Below are positions 25,541 to 39,682 of a stretch of 64,000 nt of DNA, in pieces. The position numbers and the translations under genes are program-made. Origin of the DNA: Eledone cirrhosa (taxonomy: Eukaryota); NCBI GenBank assembly GCA_964016885.1, contig OZ024740.1, forward strand, positions 158,410,001 through 158,474,000, given 5' to 3'. The notes beneath the pieces were generated by a model, which saw only the letters and a list, made by a program, of their open reading frames with translations, had not been told where the DNA came from and ran no database searches. Each line of letters begins with the position of its first letter. Positions within the stretch are counted from its first letter, which is position 1.

Positions 25541-25711
25541 CGAAACATAAGTCAATTGCATGAACTCATAATCCTTTATTTACTGCTATATATATTTAGA
25601 TGATAGCCATTACCTCATCAGGCAGTTAGTCAGTTCTTAGATATGCCAGCTCTGTGTTTTTGTTGTTGATGGTTTCAGAGCCTTGGCACATATGTCTTAA
25701 CCTTATTTCGT

Positions 25712-25799
<88 letters not shown>

Positions 25800-25802
25800 T
25801 TA

Positions 25803-26193
25803 TTTAGGTTTGAAGGTTCACCACTGGATAGAGCTGGTCATTCCGTATGGTCAATCTTGATGTAATAATATGGAGAGTACTCAACGTAAAGCAGCTCAAC
25901 CGTCTTCGTTTGTGTAGTTGGTGGTGCGAGTACGGAGTTAAATATTATAATAAAATAACAGTAGGCTGGACTTGTGTAAATCCTTGAAAGGTTTATTATA
26001 CTATGATCATATCAATGACCGGGTCCCGTATAAATCCGGTGATATCATCAGGTATTCGAAATATAATAAATGCATGTAACAGATAAAATCCATGGGGCTG
26101 AAAATCATAGACCCGAGGACGACCGACCATCTAGCATCTCCCACTTTAGCCGGTCGCCCTCAAGATTTACGCAAGTCCAGCCTCCTGTTGTTT

Positions 26194-26200
<7 letters not shown>
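25803..26200 (-). mobile_element. Second copy of the 16.9 kb element with a short inverted tail (26164-26200)
   Basis: Matches 16893-17253; (TA)n on both sides. Confidence 0.88.
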
Positions 26201-26240
<40 letters not shown>

Positions 26241-26243
<3 letters not shown>

Positions 26244-26620
26244 GAAATAAGGTTAAGACAGATGTTATGTTTATATAATTGTATTTATTAACTTATACGT
26301 ATTTCAATGACATGGTGGGTAGTAATAATGTAATGGTTACATCAGTAACTGGCACCGGTTTAATATCAGACGTTAAGAAACTTATATGAAGTATGTTGGT
26401 ATGTTGCAGGCAAAATCTTGGTGTGAATCCAACGAAAATATCAACACCAAGTTAGAACTATTTTGCTTGCGACATATTAACATATCAACATAACCACTTG
26501 TGTTAACAACTGATGATGTCACGCCAGTGCCAGTCACTGATACAACCTTTACATAACTATCCGCCTTGGCATTGAAATACGTATAATGTAAAGATAACAT
26601 CCGCCTTAACGTTATTTCGT
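26241..26620. repeat. Diverged inverted repeat containing a hammerhead-like motif with an expanded stem II (+ 26506-26589)
   Basis: CUGAUGA-UGUCA...UGGCA-UU-GAAA-UACGUA-UA; arms 26242-26365 and 26520-26620 are imperfect reverse complements. Confidence 0.65.
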
Positions 26621-26730
26621 GCATGAAAACTCCATCGCCCCATCGCATTTAATTGCCATCACATTGCTGGATATATATACGATTGACGTGGAATGCTTAT
26701 GCTTGCTTGAACCTGTTTATCTTTGTGAGG

Positions 26731-26830
26731 TCGTGACGACGCAACCTAACTTTCACAGATAAACACCACAATAATTAGCATAATTATTATGAAAGTAATT
26801 ATCTGTGAAAGTTAGGTTGCGTCGTCACGA
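26731..26830. repeat. Perfect 32-bp inverted repeat, 36-nt spacer
   Basis: TCGTGACGACGCAACCTAACTTTCACAGATAA / TTATCTGTGAAAGTTAGGTTGCGTCGTCACGA. Confidence 0.9.
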
Positions 26831-27130
26831 AGATAATTAGCAACAGCATACACACACACATAATGGAAAAATCGGCTGTGTTCGGAAGAGGGATGAGTTC
26901 CGCCGTGTCGCTACATTTCTCCTACGACTCCATCGGGATTTCAGGGCCCTGGCCATGCCATATCAGTGACTTCGCCCATGAGCAACGTCAAATTTGAAGG
27001 CAGTTAAACATCCGTTCGCATTCGAGAAATTTCCCACCACTGCCATGAAGACTTCCTCGTTGGCTCATTCGTGTGTATTTATATGTAGCACACACCCAAA
27101 CTCAATGATTCTCACACAGTCACGCACGCA

Positions 27131-27203
<73 letters not shown>

Positions 27204-27526
27204 GCAACCGCACACGCACACGCACACGCACACACACATATACATGCGCGCGCACAGAAGGGAGATAGGATGTGTGAATTCAAAAAGGCAATAATGTTAG
27301 ATTTAGGGAGAAAGCGCGCGTGTAAGAGAAACAGAAGGGGGGAGGTGAAAAGAGATTGAACTAGAAATATAGGGTGAGAGAGAAGAAGAAAGGGGGATTG
27401 AAATATGTAAAGAGTTAGCTGACAGAAGGGAACGGTGAGAAAGAACAAGGGAAATAAAAGAAATGTGTAAAGTACATGTTACCACATTTATATGTTTTAA
27501 TGATATCAGAAATAGAAACGCGAATA

Positions 27527-27630
<104 letters not shown>

Positions 27631-28099
27631 TACATATATATACACATATATACACATATACACGCTCGCACACACTGCTTAGAGTCACCTCCTTTAGTAC
27701 CGATTCGCCAGGCCGCTTCTTTTTCTTGTCTTGTTTTTCTTTATTTTCTGTTCCCTAGAATTCTTACTGGCCACCAACTCAATCCTAAACCTTAGCTTCG
27801 TAAACGAAGATTGTATTGGCCCTTGAATCATAATTCATTCGTTGGAATTCAAGCACTTGTGACGAATTGGCTTCCGTACTGTTCCTCGCACACATACGTA
27901 TATTTATACATACACACACTCACATTCACCCACTATCAGCAAACGCACTCAAATATTGTCTGTATTCTTTTAAGAACCTTACATATATGCCTACAGGAAA
28001 GTACACAACACAGTTTCAATCTGATGGAGATTTAGGCTATGCGACTGACTTGCCACTATCTATTGGCAGGAGGTGTTAACTCTTTCACTTTTTCACCCT

Positions 28100-28152
<53 letters not shown>

Positions 28153-28369
28153 CTATCTCTCTCTCTCTTCTCTCGCCCTTCTCTCTCCTCTCTTTATATC
28201 GGTCTCTCTGCCTCAGCACACAAAACGCACTCATATACCTCCAATACCAAGCTTAGTTCGCATTTATTCTTGTTCAGCATCGTACAAACTTTACCTGGAA
28301 TGTCTTCCGATAAAACTTATCATCTCCAACAAATACAACCTTTTATTTACAATTAATACAAATTCGCAT

Positions 28370-28538
28370 CCAGTAGAGGGCAGATTCAAACGATGGCATA
28401 ATTTACGCAGTGTCCGCATCTGTAGAGAAGCCACTAGTGAAAACATGGAAGCAGTAGTGAATTTTTCCATGTTTTCAAGAATATCTCAGATCTTTCCAAC
28501 TTGTCTTTAATATAGACGAAACTGGTTTGTTCTAGAAA
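28370..28538 (+). pseudogene. pogo/Tigger-like transposase relic, interrupted by a SINE
   Basis: RFKRWHNLRSVRIC.EA.SEN.EA and VFNIDETGLF*K. Confidence 0.7.
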
Positions 28539-28539
28539 A

Positions 28540-28712
28540 TAATTGTTTCTAGTTTTGGTATAAGGCCAGCAATTACACAGTGCATTACTGGTACTTTATT
28601 TTATCGACCCCGTAAAGATGAAAGACAAAGTTAACCTCGGCAGGATTTGAACTCAGTCCGTAAAGGGTGGGTGGGGTGGGGGGGTAACTCTATGCTGCAA
28701 AGCATGGCGTCG
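28540..28712 (-). mobile_element. Nin-domain SINE
   Basis: Reverse complement of the 7021 family. Confidence 0.85.
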
Positions 28713-29279
28713 TACTTATCTGCTTCAACTATGGTTCAGGTTTTCATTTCTAATATGAAGACTTGATATATTCGGAGCACTTTCAAACTTGTTGAAAAAA
28801 GACAGATAACGGGTTTATCGGGGAATTTTAGAGACAGTATCATACCACAAAGTCCATAGATAATATTGCAACAATCTGAGATGAAATAAGAGAAATCTTC
28901 ATGAACAAAGGTTGAAAGTAGTTATGGTTAGAAGTATGAAATATCTTTCTGGAGTTTTATAAATTAAAAAAAATAGTAGCGGCAGTTATCAATGACACCG
29001 TTGAGTTGGCCTGTGAAGAAAGAATAGAAGAATACGGAAGAAGATGTGGTGATGCTAACAGAATCGTATGATGAATGTTTATCATTTGAAAAGCCGCAAA
29101 TGTTAGCTCAGCAACGCATCCAGAATGAACCGGAAGAACCTTTTACAGAGTTAATGACACTTGAAAGAATTCTCACCATAGAATTTTTCAGTAATCGCAT
29201 CATCAATATTACGGAAATCTTGAACCAATATCGCTCTGAACAATCGACAAGATCTCAGACCTCATTCCCTTGCCGACTG

Positions 29280-29470
29280 GGGTAGCCTTCGTCAAATCGA
29301 ACCAAGGAAACAGTGTTTCCATTGCTGATACTACTTACCGGTCGCAACTCCTGGCAAAAGGAGCAACGCGAAATAAAGTGTCTTGCTCAAGGACACAACG
29401 CATCTCCTGGTCTGATAATTGAACTCACAACCTAACGATTGTGAATCCAACTCTCTAAGCACTAAGCCAC
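29280..29470 (-). mobile_element. Third tRNA-derived SINE family (copy + 53034-53245; fragment - 57365-57430)
   Basis: tRNA head TGGCTGAGTGG..GAGTTCGATTCC followed by GTCCTTGAGCAAGACACTT. Confidence 0.8.
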
Positions 29471-29939
29471 GAACAAATATACTGAAAGTGATTCTGATTG
29501 TGAGCACAGCAACAATGAAAGAAAAGGTATACTTGATATGTTATCTTACTATCGTGAATAACTTGACAAGTAAATACTCCAGAAAACTTAAGCAACATTA
29601 GATGGATTTTTTAAAATAGAAACAACGACAGCCAGTGCACAAGAAAGAATCACAACCCGTTTTCTCATCTCATACATAGCCTTCAATATCAAAGATTAAC
29701 TTCCCCTGAATTATACAGATAAAATTTTGAAAAATATAACCACCGACAATAACAACCGTTCTGGATATTTACGCATTCAAAACTGTCGATTAGCTATAAG
29801 ACACACGTTCTGATAATGGAGAACATATACTGTTATCAATAATGTCTATGAAACTAGAAGTTTGTTAAATATATTATTTATGTCATGTATTAAAATATAT
29901 AAATTATCTGTATGTTTACATGTCGGGACCAAACTCAAG

Positions 29940-29994
<55 letters not shown>

Positions 29995-29996
<2 letters not shown>

Positions 29997-30138
29997 TGGC
30001 CGGTCACGCTTGGGGATCCAGCCGGATCAGTTGGAGACGGTTGCTTCTAACAAGACCAGCTGGATGGAGTGTTTGGGGACTCTGCCGTTCGACCCTCTCA
30101 GGAATAAGTGGGAGAAGAAGTAGAAGAAGAGGAAGAAG
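29995..30138 (+). mobile_element. LINE (RTE-like) 3' fragment with GAA-rich tail
   Basis: SRLGIQPDQLETVASNKTSW..CLG.L; preceded by (TA)n. Confidence 0.55.
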
Positions 30139-30421
30139 ATATACATATACACTCAAGTGACTATATATGTATATATATATACACACACATACGCATGCAC
30201 ATCCACAAGTACATGTGTTAATTTCAACGGCTCGTCGTTTGAAACCATTGTGCAATTAACCGATAAATTACGAGATAGCAACATTAATTACCAGTAGTAA
30301 GGTAAATGTTCCTGTTACATTTATATAGATTATTTAATAAAAGAGGATTTAAACGTTTATTTCTTCTTACAATACGTTTTGTGTATACATAATTTACTTA
30401 TATCCCACCCAGTCGAAGTTA

Positions 30422-30504
<83 letters not shown>

Positions 30505-31383
30505 GTGACAATTGTTTGGCTTATTCCCCATCATATTATTCTATTCCTTTTGATATTCTTCTATAACCCAATCTAAAACAGATCCATATGTCTCGACAAC
30601 TATAACATTATTCGACTCATTATTCCCATAAGGCAACTACAGTCTATACATAATTTACTTATGTTCCACACTGTCCCAAGTTATTTGTTTATTGATATGT
30701 ATTGACAAGACAATCATTTAACACATTCTCCAATAAGTTTTTTCAATTCCCTTTGATCTTCTTCAATTAGCCAACTTTAGCCAGTTTCAAATGTCCTCGA
30801 CAATGACTTTCATATACTTTGAATTACTCAATGGTATTAACTGGGGGCCATGCAGGTTAAAAACAATTTATTTAGGTCAAACATAGGCTAATGTAGTCAT
30901 AATGAAAACAAAAGAAAAGAAAGAAAACGAGTAGTATACATTCAGACTGTTAATATAATAAGAATGAAAGTTTGTCTTGAAACAACGTCACTATCTCTCA
31001 ACGAAACACAATAAAATTTGCCACAGAGATGCAAATCCATATCAGAATAATCCATCAACGAAATAATTCCAATTGGGGGAATGGCGAGAAAGTGTGCTCT
31101 ACAAATCCTCCATTCAGCTGAAATTTTGGAGAAGAAATCCCACCGGTTAGCATATTCCATATGATAGTCGTAAAAATACAAAACAACATATGAACCACAC
31201 TTGTGTATGTGGAATATACGGACAATCCATGATACTGTAAATTTAAAAAAAAAACAGCCCAGCATAGAATCGCTTACCTACTCAGTGAACTGAAGGGCTA
31301 AAATATACTGCACTTAGTGAGACCAGACAACTTAGAGAAGACTCTCGTCAGCAACGTGGTTCCGGCTTTACAAGGGACAGACT

Positions 31384-31559
31384 CAGTGCCGGATTTAGGA
31401 CAAATGAAGCCGTGTGCTAGTTAAGTTATGAGACCTCTTACTTAGGCTCTGATGGAGGTTGGCCCAGTAGGCCTACACAGGCGGTCAGGAAGATGGGCCC
31501 TCTGGCCAACAGGGCCCTGTGCTTAAGCACACCTAAGCGCAATGGTAAACCCAGTACTG
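31384..31559. mobile_element. hAT-like MITE
   Basis: Imperfect TIR CAGTGCCGGATTTA / TAAACCCAGTACTG. Confidence 0.6.
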
Positions 31560-31599
31560 AACAAGCTACTGTCTACACTGAGACAGTAATTAAAATCAA

Positions 31600-32110
31600 T
31601 TAGGGGCTGATGTCACTTCTCATTCCTTCTGCTGGAAACTGCTATGGTACATTATTGATTACTTATGCACAAACTCTGCCCTCTGATGGCCAAGCCAAAG
31701 ACTGGTCTTTGGCACTGACTAGAATTTCATGCAAGAGTAGGGAAGAAAAAAATTGGCATCGAGAAATTGGAAATTACGATGTTAGGAAAGCTACCAGTAA
31801 TGGCGTCAGACTGCGTTCTCTGTGTGCGGAATTTGACCTCACCATTACCAACATCCACTTCCAGCAGAACAAACACTTGACCATGGATGAAACTCTGATT
31901 CATACACAGGCATCTCATTGACAATACAACGGTCAGACACGTAAACCTAGGAGATGTTTCGTGCAACAAAAGTGGATTTGTATGCTGGACATACCATTGC
32001 ATACTGCTTACAAAGTTTAGATAGCAAATGCAACCTTTAATAAGCTCAAAAGAACGAAATATCAAGCGGCTCAATTATTCTCTATTGCTTCAGAAATTGT
32101 TCCATAGTAC
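31600..32110 (+). pseudogene. Very degraded RTE-type LINE endonuclease region
   Basis: LITYAQTL, IGNY.V...SNGVRL.SLCAEFDLTITNIHFQ. Confidence 0.7.
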
Positions 32111-33239
32111 CAGTCATATTTTCAGACGGCATATATCCATTGAAAAACCAAGGAAGAACGACGTTAACTAGCTCCTAAATCAGATTAAATTAGCGGATCT
32201 AGCAATCGTTGAATTCGTGAAATTCCTTTCCTCCACCATCTGGACAGTTGCACACCCAATTTCATGAATCTTCTCCCGCAGTTCCATTCAGAAGTAGTTA
32301 GCTGAACTGTTGTTGAAGAACAGAAATGTGTACCCTTCTCTGTAAAACCAGACAAAGTCCTATGCAGTTACCTGCACTGTATGCCTCTCTCATCTGTGTG
32401 ACCTCGTTACATAATATATATATTACATAGACGGATGGAAGGTGAGATGGCCGTCCCAATTCTGAGGATTTTAATATTTGAATGAAGTTGAAATCCAAAC
32501 AGATTATTGAGTTATAGTATTCTAATAACTGTAATCTAGTAGTCCATACTCCTTGCAGGACATTACCTTAGCAGCTATTACAACTTGTGGAAGAATAAGC
32601 TTGGAAGATAACATCGAGAAATATTAGATCGTCTCCCAATTATACACTTCTCTCCCTTCTCACCACATTCCCAGTAAACAACAAGTAATTGCAATCTCAC
32701 AATTCGGATACCTAGGTGATGTCACTTCCAGTTAGTGCCCTCAAAATGAGCAAATTAAAAACTGCATCAGAGGGGCCTCTATATCAAGTTTCCTTACTAA
32801 GGTCATGACTACCGAGAAGTTTATGTGAAGACCTCTCCTATCTGCCACCGAAGCCGTACACCAAGGGCGGGAATACATATACTTTCATCAAAGGGTCCAC
32901 AAATGAAGGAGTAGCTAGTCACTATGAAATTCTTTGGACAACCATCAGTATGAAAATGCTTTATAAATATATAAAACTAACCTAGAAGTTGCACATGCGA
33001 ATAAAATCGACTGTATTTATTTCCGGTTTTCAATAAAAATTGGTAGAGTTTAGCATGAAATTAGACATATATTTGATTCGATATGAATATAATTCTGGAA
33101 AGTTCTAATTTCACGATGAATTAAAATGGCAGTAGTCGTTAAAACATATTTATCAACAACCTATTAACTCATTTGATATCAAGCCCCCTGAAACTGCTCG
33201 TGCTTCTACGATACAAAACTGTTTATTTTGAAGTTTTCA

Positions 33240-33590
33240 TCTTGCCCATTCATTCCTAGGTTAGTCGTGGGGGCAGTGTCATGGAACACGCCTTTAAGAG
33301 AGTCCTATTAGAAGCAATCGTCTTCAATTGATACAGTTCGATCCTCCGCAATTGAGACCAACCGAGCTCATGGATATTATTCCTCATCTTGCTCGTGCTC
33401 TATTTCTGGGTTCACACTTTGCCGTAAAATCTGTCCAGCGATTACTTCCTGTGACATTCTAACCCCATGTCCGAAGTATCGGGACTGTGATTTCTCGATT
33501 CGGAGTAGAGGCTCTACGCCAAAGACCCTTCGTAGGAACCCCATTTCGACCCCTTGTATTCGTGATCGTATTCTTTCGATCATTACCTGT
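33240..33590 (-). mobile_element. RTE-type LINE 3' fragment
   Basis: RIQGVEMGFLRRVFG, RIEKSQSRYFGHGVRM. Confidence 0.8.
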
Positions 33591-34046
33591 TCAAAGTTAT
33601 TTTAAATCCTTCCATCACAATGTTATGTAAGAACACTTGTTATGTTATACTCCAAACACTAGATAAATAGTGTGAATGTTTGTAATATTACTAATTATTG
33701 AATTCTATTTTATAATTATATGAAAATCTTAGTCTGTGTCTTTCATTAGAAGTAACGAAACGAAAAGGTTAAAAGTATGAAATATATTTGAATTATTCTT
33801 ACCATTCCAATGAATCACAGAATATGGAATTTCAAACGCTTTATCGTACATATGAAAGAGGGAGGGAAGCCGTAGAATGTGAATAGCTTTGCTTCTATGT
33901 CGATTTTGAAGAAGACTATTAAAAAGACAGAGACACAGAGAAATAGAGAGAATGATGAGGAAGGAGAGGATGGAAAGAAAGAGGATGAAAGAGATTATAT
34001 AAATTGAATGAGGCGGAGAATAAAATAGAAAAAGACGATAGGTAAG

Positions 34047-34090
<44 letters not shown>

Positions 34091-34156
34091 ATATATATAT
34101 ATAACTCTGGCAATATTATTACAACAATATGACCCTCCCCAAGTATATATATATAT

Positions 34157-34208
<52 letters not shown>

Positions 34209-34362
34209 TAAAATAACAGATTAAAGAAGATCCCGTTAAGGGTGAAAGCACCGATTCTTTGCTTAAACTTTAATCTGTTATTTTAATAAATATTTGCTCT
34301 ACGTTTCTTATATGTTTGATATATATTTATCCTTGGATTTTAGTCTTCAAATTTATTATTAT

Positions 34363-34413
<51 letters not shown>

Positions 34414-34493
34414 TATGTGCGTGTGCGCGCGTCTGTGCTTAGATAGATAGATATATTTCTTTATTAGCCATAGGGGCACAAAAGAAGGGGGCT

Positions 34494-34524
<31 letters not shown>

Positions 34525-34574
34525 ACAGGAAGATGTCCGGAAAAGTGGAAATAAATAAAGAAGCGAGGTAGGCA

Positions 34575-34947
34575 TAAAAGCCAAACTCGCCATACCTTAC
34601 CTATGGGCATGAATCTTGTGTAATGACCGAAAGAATATGACTGCGAATACAACCGGTCGAAATAGAGTTCCCTCGAAGGGTCTTTGGAGTAAGATTACTC
34701 GATAGTGTGTAACTCGGGGATCAGAAAGTAACTCCAGATAGAACTGCTACTTTTCCGAATTGATAGATCGTAGCTCCGATACAATGGGCATGTGGTTAGA
34801 ATGTCCCAAGGAAAGAATCGCTGGACAGATTTTACGGACAAAACTAACTGACAGGGGATCTAGAGATAGATCAGGAGCTAGATAGTTGAATAACAACCAT
34901 GGCCTCGTCTGATCTCACTTGGGGATCTAGCCGGATCAATTGGAGAC

Positions 34948-34977
<30 letters not shown>
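34575..34977 (+). mobile_element. RTE-type LINE 3' fragment with (GAA)n tail
   Basis: Homologous to 33240-33590 and 44290-44600. Confidence 0.8.
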
Positions 34978-34978
<1 letters not shown>

Positions 34979-35396
34979 GATTGAAAGAGGGAATAAAAGG
35001 GGACCGGTGTTGTGTAGAAATCAAGGAGTGGTGTGGAGGCATGAGAAAGGAAATAAACAAAACTCTACAGTTTTTCTTCCTCAGAGCTTAAGCAATATTT
35101 TACTTTATATTACATTTCGAACATAGCTAGTTTCTTACGATTGTACTCTTAGAGTATAGAGGAATAAATAGATTGGCTGAATAAGCAAAAAGAATTGTTA
35201 ATAGATGAACAGGGGTGAGGAAAAGAAATGAGAAACATATGGAATTAAAGAGAGGAAATATAGAGAGTGCTAGTGGGAGAGAGAGGGAGAGAGAGAGGTG
35301 GAGAGAGAGAAGTTAAAAACTGAGAAAGATAGAGATACACAGCTAGATAGATAGATACATAGATGGATATATCTATATATCTATATAGATAGATGG

Positions 35397-35427
<31 letters not shown>

Positions 35428-35435
35428 TATATATA

Positions 35436-35471
<36 letters not shown>

Positions 35472-35479
35472 TATATATA

Positions 35480-35541
<62 letters not shown>

Positions 35542-35559
35542 TATATATAAATATATATA

Positions 35560-35611
<52 letters not shown>

Positions 35612-36292
35612 TATATATATGTGTATATATATATATATATATAAAGAGAGAGAGAGAGTCTGTGAGAAGGAGAGAGTCTGTGAGAGGGAGAGAGAGGAGA
35701 GACAGTTAACGAGTGAGAGAGAGAGAGAAAGAGAAAGGGGGTGAGAGAGTGTGAGAGGAAGCGAGAGGATAGACAGTTAAAGAGTAAGAGAGAGAGAAAA
35801 AGAGAAAGAGAGAGATTGAGAGAGACTGATAGATAAAATGAAATAGAGACAGAGAAATAACAAGAGTGTGGGAGGGGGAGAAAATTGAGTTAGGGTGAGA
35901 GAAAAAGAGGGAAAATAAATGTTTAAAAAGGACTAAAGAGAGCTAGGGAGAGAAACGACTATGTTATAGAGTGAGTGAGAGTGTGGGGGGTATAGAGAGG
36001 GGGAGAGAGACAGAGAGAGAGTGTGTGTGTGTGTGAAAGACAGACAGACAGAGAAAGAGTGAGAGAAAGAAGACAATGTTTCTAAATAAGATAGGGTAAT
36101 AAAGGTAAAAATAGAGAAAGATATATATATATATCTTTCTCTCTATATACATATATATATATACACACACACATCTCTCTCTATATATATAGAGAGAGAG
36201 AGAGAAAGTGAGAGAGAGAAAGAAAGAGAGAAAGAAAGAAAGAGAGATAGTTAGATAGATAGATAGACAGATAGATAGTTAGATAGACAGAC

Positions 36293-36325
<33 letters not shown>

Positions 36326-36770
36326 TTAAGAGATAGTTTTGTATAGAGAAAACAAATATAGGGTTGAGGGAAGTGGATGAGCTGTAGGAGAAGGAGGCGG
36401 AGTGTGGAAGATTTCAGGTTAGAGAAGGAGAGGGTGGGTGGGGACGTTTGAATATTTGGGTCGACATGCACTCTTGCTAGAATAACTTTTCGAAGCGGGA
36501 TGAAGAAACAGAGAAAAAAAAAGAAAAAATACTTATTCATTATTCTATTTATTTAGGTAGCTTTTATTTTTTCTTTACTTCTTCATTATTGTTGTTATTA
36601 CTGTTATTACTAGTACATGACCCGTTGTTTTACGGAGGGAATAAGTAATGTTCGGTTTCTTCACCAAATTGTAACCAACTATGTTTGTATATATATTTAT
36701 ATAGGCAAACATTTGTGAAATTATAAAACCAGAAGAACATACATACATACATGTGTATATATATATATAT

Positions 36771-37195
36771 CTAGGGCGGTTAAAATCCCAAGATCCATGG
36801 ACGAATTCTCTCCAGCGGTCTCTGTCCTTCATCATTGCCGCCATGTCTTGCGTCTCCCAGAGACCAGTGTCTATCCTTAGGTCATCAATATATGTCAACC
36901 CCGCTCTCCCTCTTCTAGTGTATCCATGCAGGGGCTCCCACAGGAGCACTAAGTGCAGTGTCAACTCTGAAGGTCCGTGAGCATGTCCAGCTAACCTTAG
37001 TCTCCTCTGCGTTACTTTCGAGCTGACTTTTGGGAGGCCACCGTACAGCTCTGAGTTCTTCATCCTCAGTGTATATTGATTAATGTTCAGAGCCATCCTC
37101 AGCATTCTCGTGTAGCACCCATCCACCATCTGAGTGAGTTTCTTGGTCAGTGTCCAAGTCTCAGACCCGTACAGCAGCAGCACAGACTCCACTAT
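36771..37195 (-). mobile_element. LINE ORF C-terminus (RTE-like, second family); shorter copies + 50190-50360 and + 56613-56762
   Basis: ESVLLLYGSETWTLT...DGCYTRMLRMALN...RRLRLAGH...RRGR..LTYID; the stop codon abuts a microsatellite. Confidence 0.85.
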
Positions 37196-37661
37196 GTAGG
37201 TAAAATAGGATTTGAAAAATGTAACGGCTGGCCTTTTAGTTATGTAGGTTTCTGTATTAATGTGTCAATTAATTTGGTAATTGTTTATATATTTTGTGTT
37301 TACTTTTACCGGTTTCAGCGGTGTTTACAGCCTTTTTAAAAGGATTTTTGTTGTAGTCTTTCGAAAAATGTTTTTCGTTTATGTTTATCTCACGTGATTG
37401 GCTGCTTACGTCCTTACTGAACACAAGAGACGCAATAGGTTTTATCTCTGTCGCTTATATCGAGGAGAATATGGTTCATTACAAGAAACATAATTCAGGC
37501 TTACTTTTTTTAATGAAACAATTTTTTAAGTGTGTAAATCAGTTGAGCTTTGGCTTCAATTTACTCATGAAAACTCTCCCGTCCGACGGGTATGATCTCC
37601 CATCCTCTTTTGGGTGGGTGAGATATGTCTTCTCTTGGGAAAATGTGCATAGCTTTCATTG

Positions 37662-37852
37662 TGGTGGATTGGCAGTATCAGTAGAGGGTTGAACGCCATG
37701 CTTTGCAGTATAGAGTTACGGCCCTTTGCGGTCTGAGTTCAAATCCCGCCGGGGTTAACTTTGCCTTTCATCCTTACGGGGTCGATAAAATAAAGTACCA
37801 GTAATGCACTGGTTTAATTGCTGGCCTTGTGCCAAAAAGTAGAAACAATTAT
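37662..37852 (+). mobile_element. Nin-domain SINE (further copies - 38210-38432, + 39417-39552, + 55775-55863, + 57683-57794, - 58360-58537, - 58548-58610, + 59253-59437, + 59452-59660)
   Basis: High identity to the 7021 family; the 59253 copy has TSD AATTATTAAG. Confidence 0.9.
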
Positions 37853-38662
37853 GTAAAATCTCCCCATCTTGCCTCATTTCTCCCCGTTTTAGGGACTTTT
37901 TTTCATCGTTTGGGTCTTTAGAGGCTGGAAGGTCTGTTTTACGCGGTCCCTATTTTGGGAAGGTCCGTGTATGACTATCTATCTATTCATCAGTCTGTTA
38001 GTTTATGATTTTATTGCTATTTATTTATTACGTACTAAAGAAAATCGTCATTTGCAGTCATGGAGAGAGCACGAAGGTGATCAAACAAAAAGCAACAACA
38101 CACATGTGAAAACATACGCAAACACTCTCATGTGATGTATACATATCTCGTATTTTCTTAATCATCGTTATGAATTCCTTCATAAACAAACTATCAATAA
38201 CAATAACAATGATTTCTAGAATAGGCACAAGGCCAGTAATTTTTTTTTTGGGGGGGGGGGGGGGGGCGATTAAACCGACCCCAGTACGTTACTGGTACTT
38301 TATTTTATCGACCCCGTAAGGATTAAAGGCAAAATTAACCTCGGCGGTATTTGAACTCAAACCGTAAAGGACCGTATCTCTATGCTGCTAAGCATAGTTT
38401 CCGACTCTCTACCGATACTGCCAATCTACCGCCCTCATCAATAACAATAACAATAAAAGGTGTTTAGGATCTTTTAATGGTTTTAATCATTCGACTGATC
38501 CGCGGTCATATTGGGGCGTCGTCTTCAAGAGTTTTGTCAATCATATCGGTCCAAATACTTATTTCAATCTGCTACTTATTTCATCGATCACTATTAGCTG
38601 ATCTACTACGTTAACAGACTAAAACAAGAACTCACGCATGGATACACGTGCACACCATTCTT

Positions 38663-38698
38663 TCTTCTGTTGAAGGACTAGCGTCCGAAACGTTAAGA
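38663..38698 (+). ncRNA. Minimal hammerhead with one core mutation (decayed relative - 18552-18587)
   Basis: UCUU-CUGUUGA-A-GGAC-UAGC-GUCC-GAAA-CG-UU^AAGA. Confidence 0.7.
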
Positions 38699-38781
38699 CC
38701 CTCTTCTGCTATATCAAGCGTTAACCTAATATATCCCTTCCATATACTGTACCGATTGTGTTGTTATTTCTGTTTACTTTT

Positions 38782-38882
<101 letters not shown>

Positions 38883-39623
38883 GGGATAAGGAAATTGCGA
38901 AGTTCGGTTTGTTAATAAAAGATTCTTTGACATCTACACCAATCTTCGCATTTTCCTTATTCTACATATACTCTGTCACCGACTGACAACTCATATTTGG
39001 AAGAAAGAACATGACGTTGAATGCTTGATGCAATTGCATCATTATTTACTGATTGGTGCATTGCATACGCAAGCTCCTTTAGTCAGCATGTTTACCGTAA
39101 GTATATGTGTGTGTGTGTTCAAAATATAGGACAAAGAGCATGGAAAAAACAATGGATAGATGGACAGTCCCATCTCCTAAGTCAGCCTCTGGGATTCACA
39201 GCGGTTTCGGTTCAATAAGGTTGATACCGTCCATTCCAGTGCATATTGGGACATAACAAAGGAAGTAGATACAATCCAGCCTTTAGGCAAATTACACGAA
39301 TATAGACAGTGATAGAGCTTAGCCAAAGGAGAGAAATAGTAAAACAAAAGAGAATGATAAGAACTGTAGTAAATATAGTAGTAAATATGGAGGTGGTGGT
39401 GGGTGCATTATTATTAGTTACGTCCCTTTACAGTCTGAGTTCAAATCCCGTCGAGGTTAACTTTGCCTTTCATCCTTACGGGGTCGATAAAATAAAGTAC
39501 CAGTAATGCACTGAGTATTTGCTGGCCTTGTGCCAAAAGTAGAAACAATTAATATTATGGTGGATTGACAGTATAATGCAACCACCACCACCCCTCCACC
39601 TTCACCACCATCTTCACCATCAC

Positions 39624-39682
<59 letters not shown>

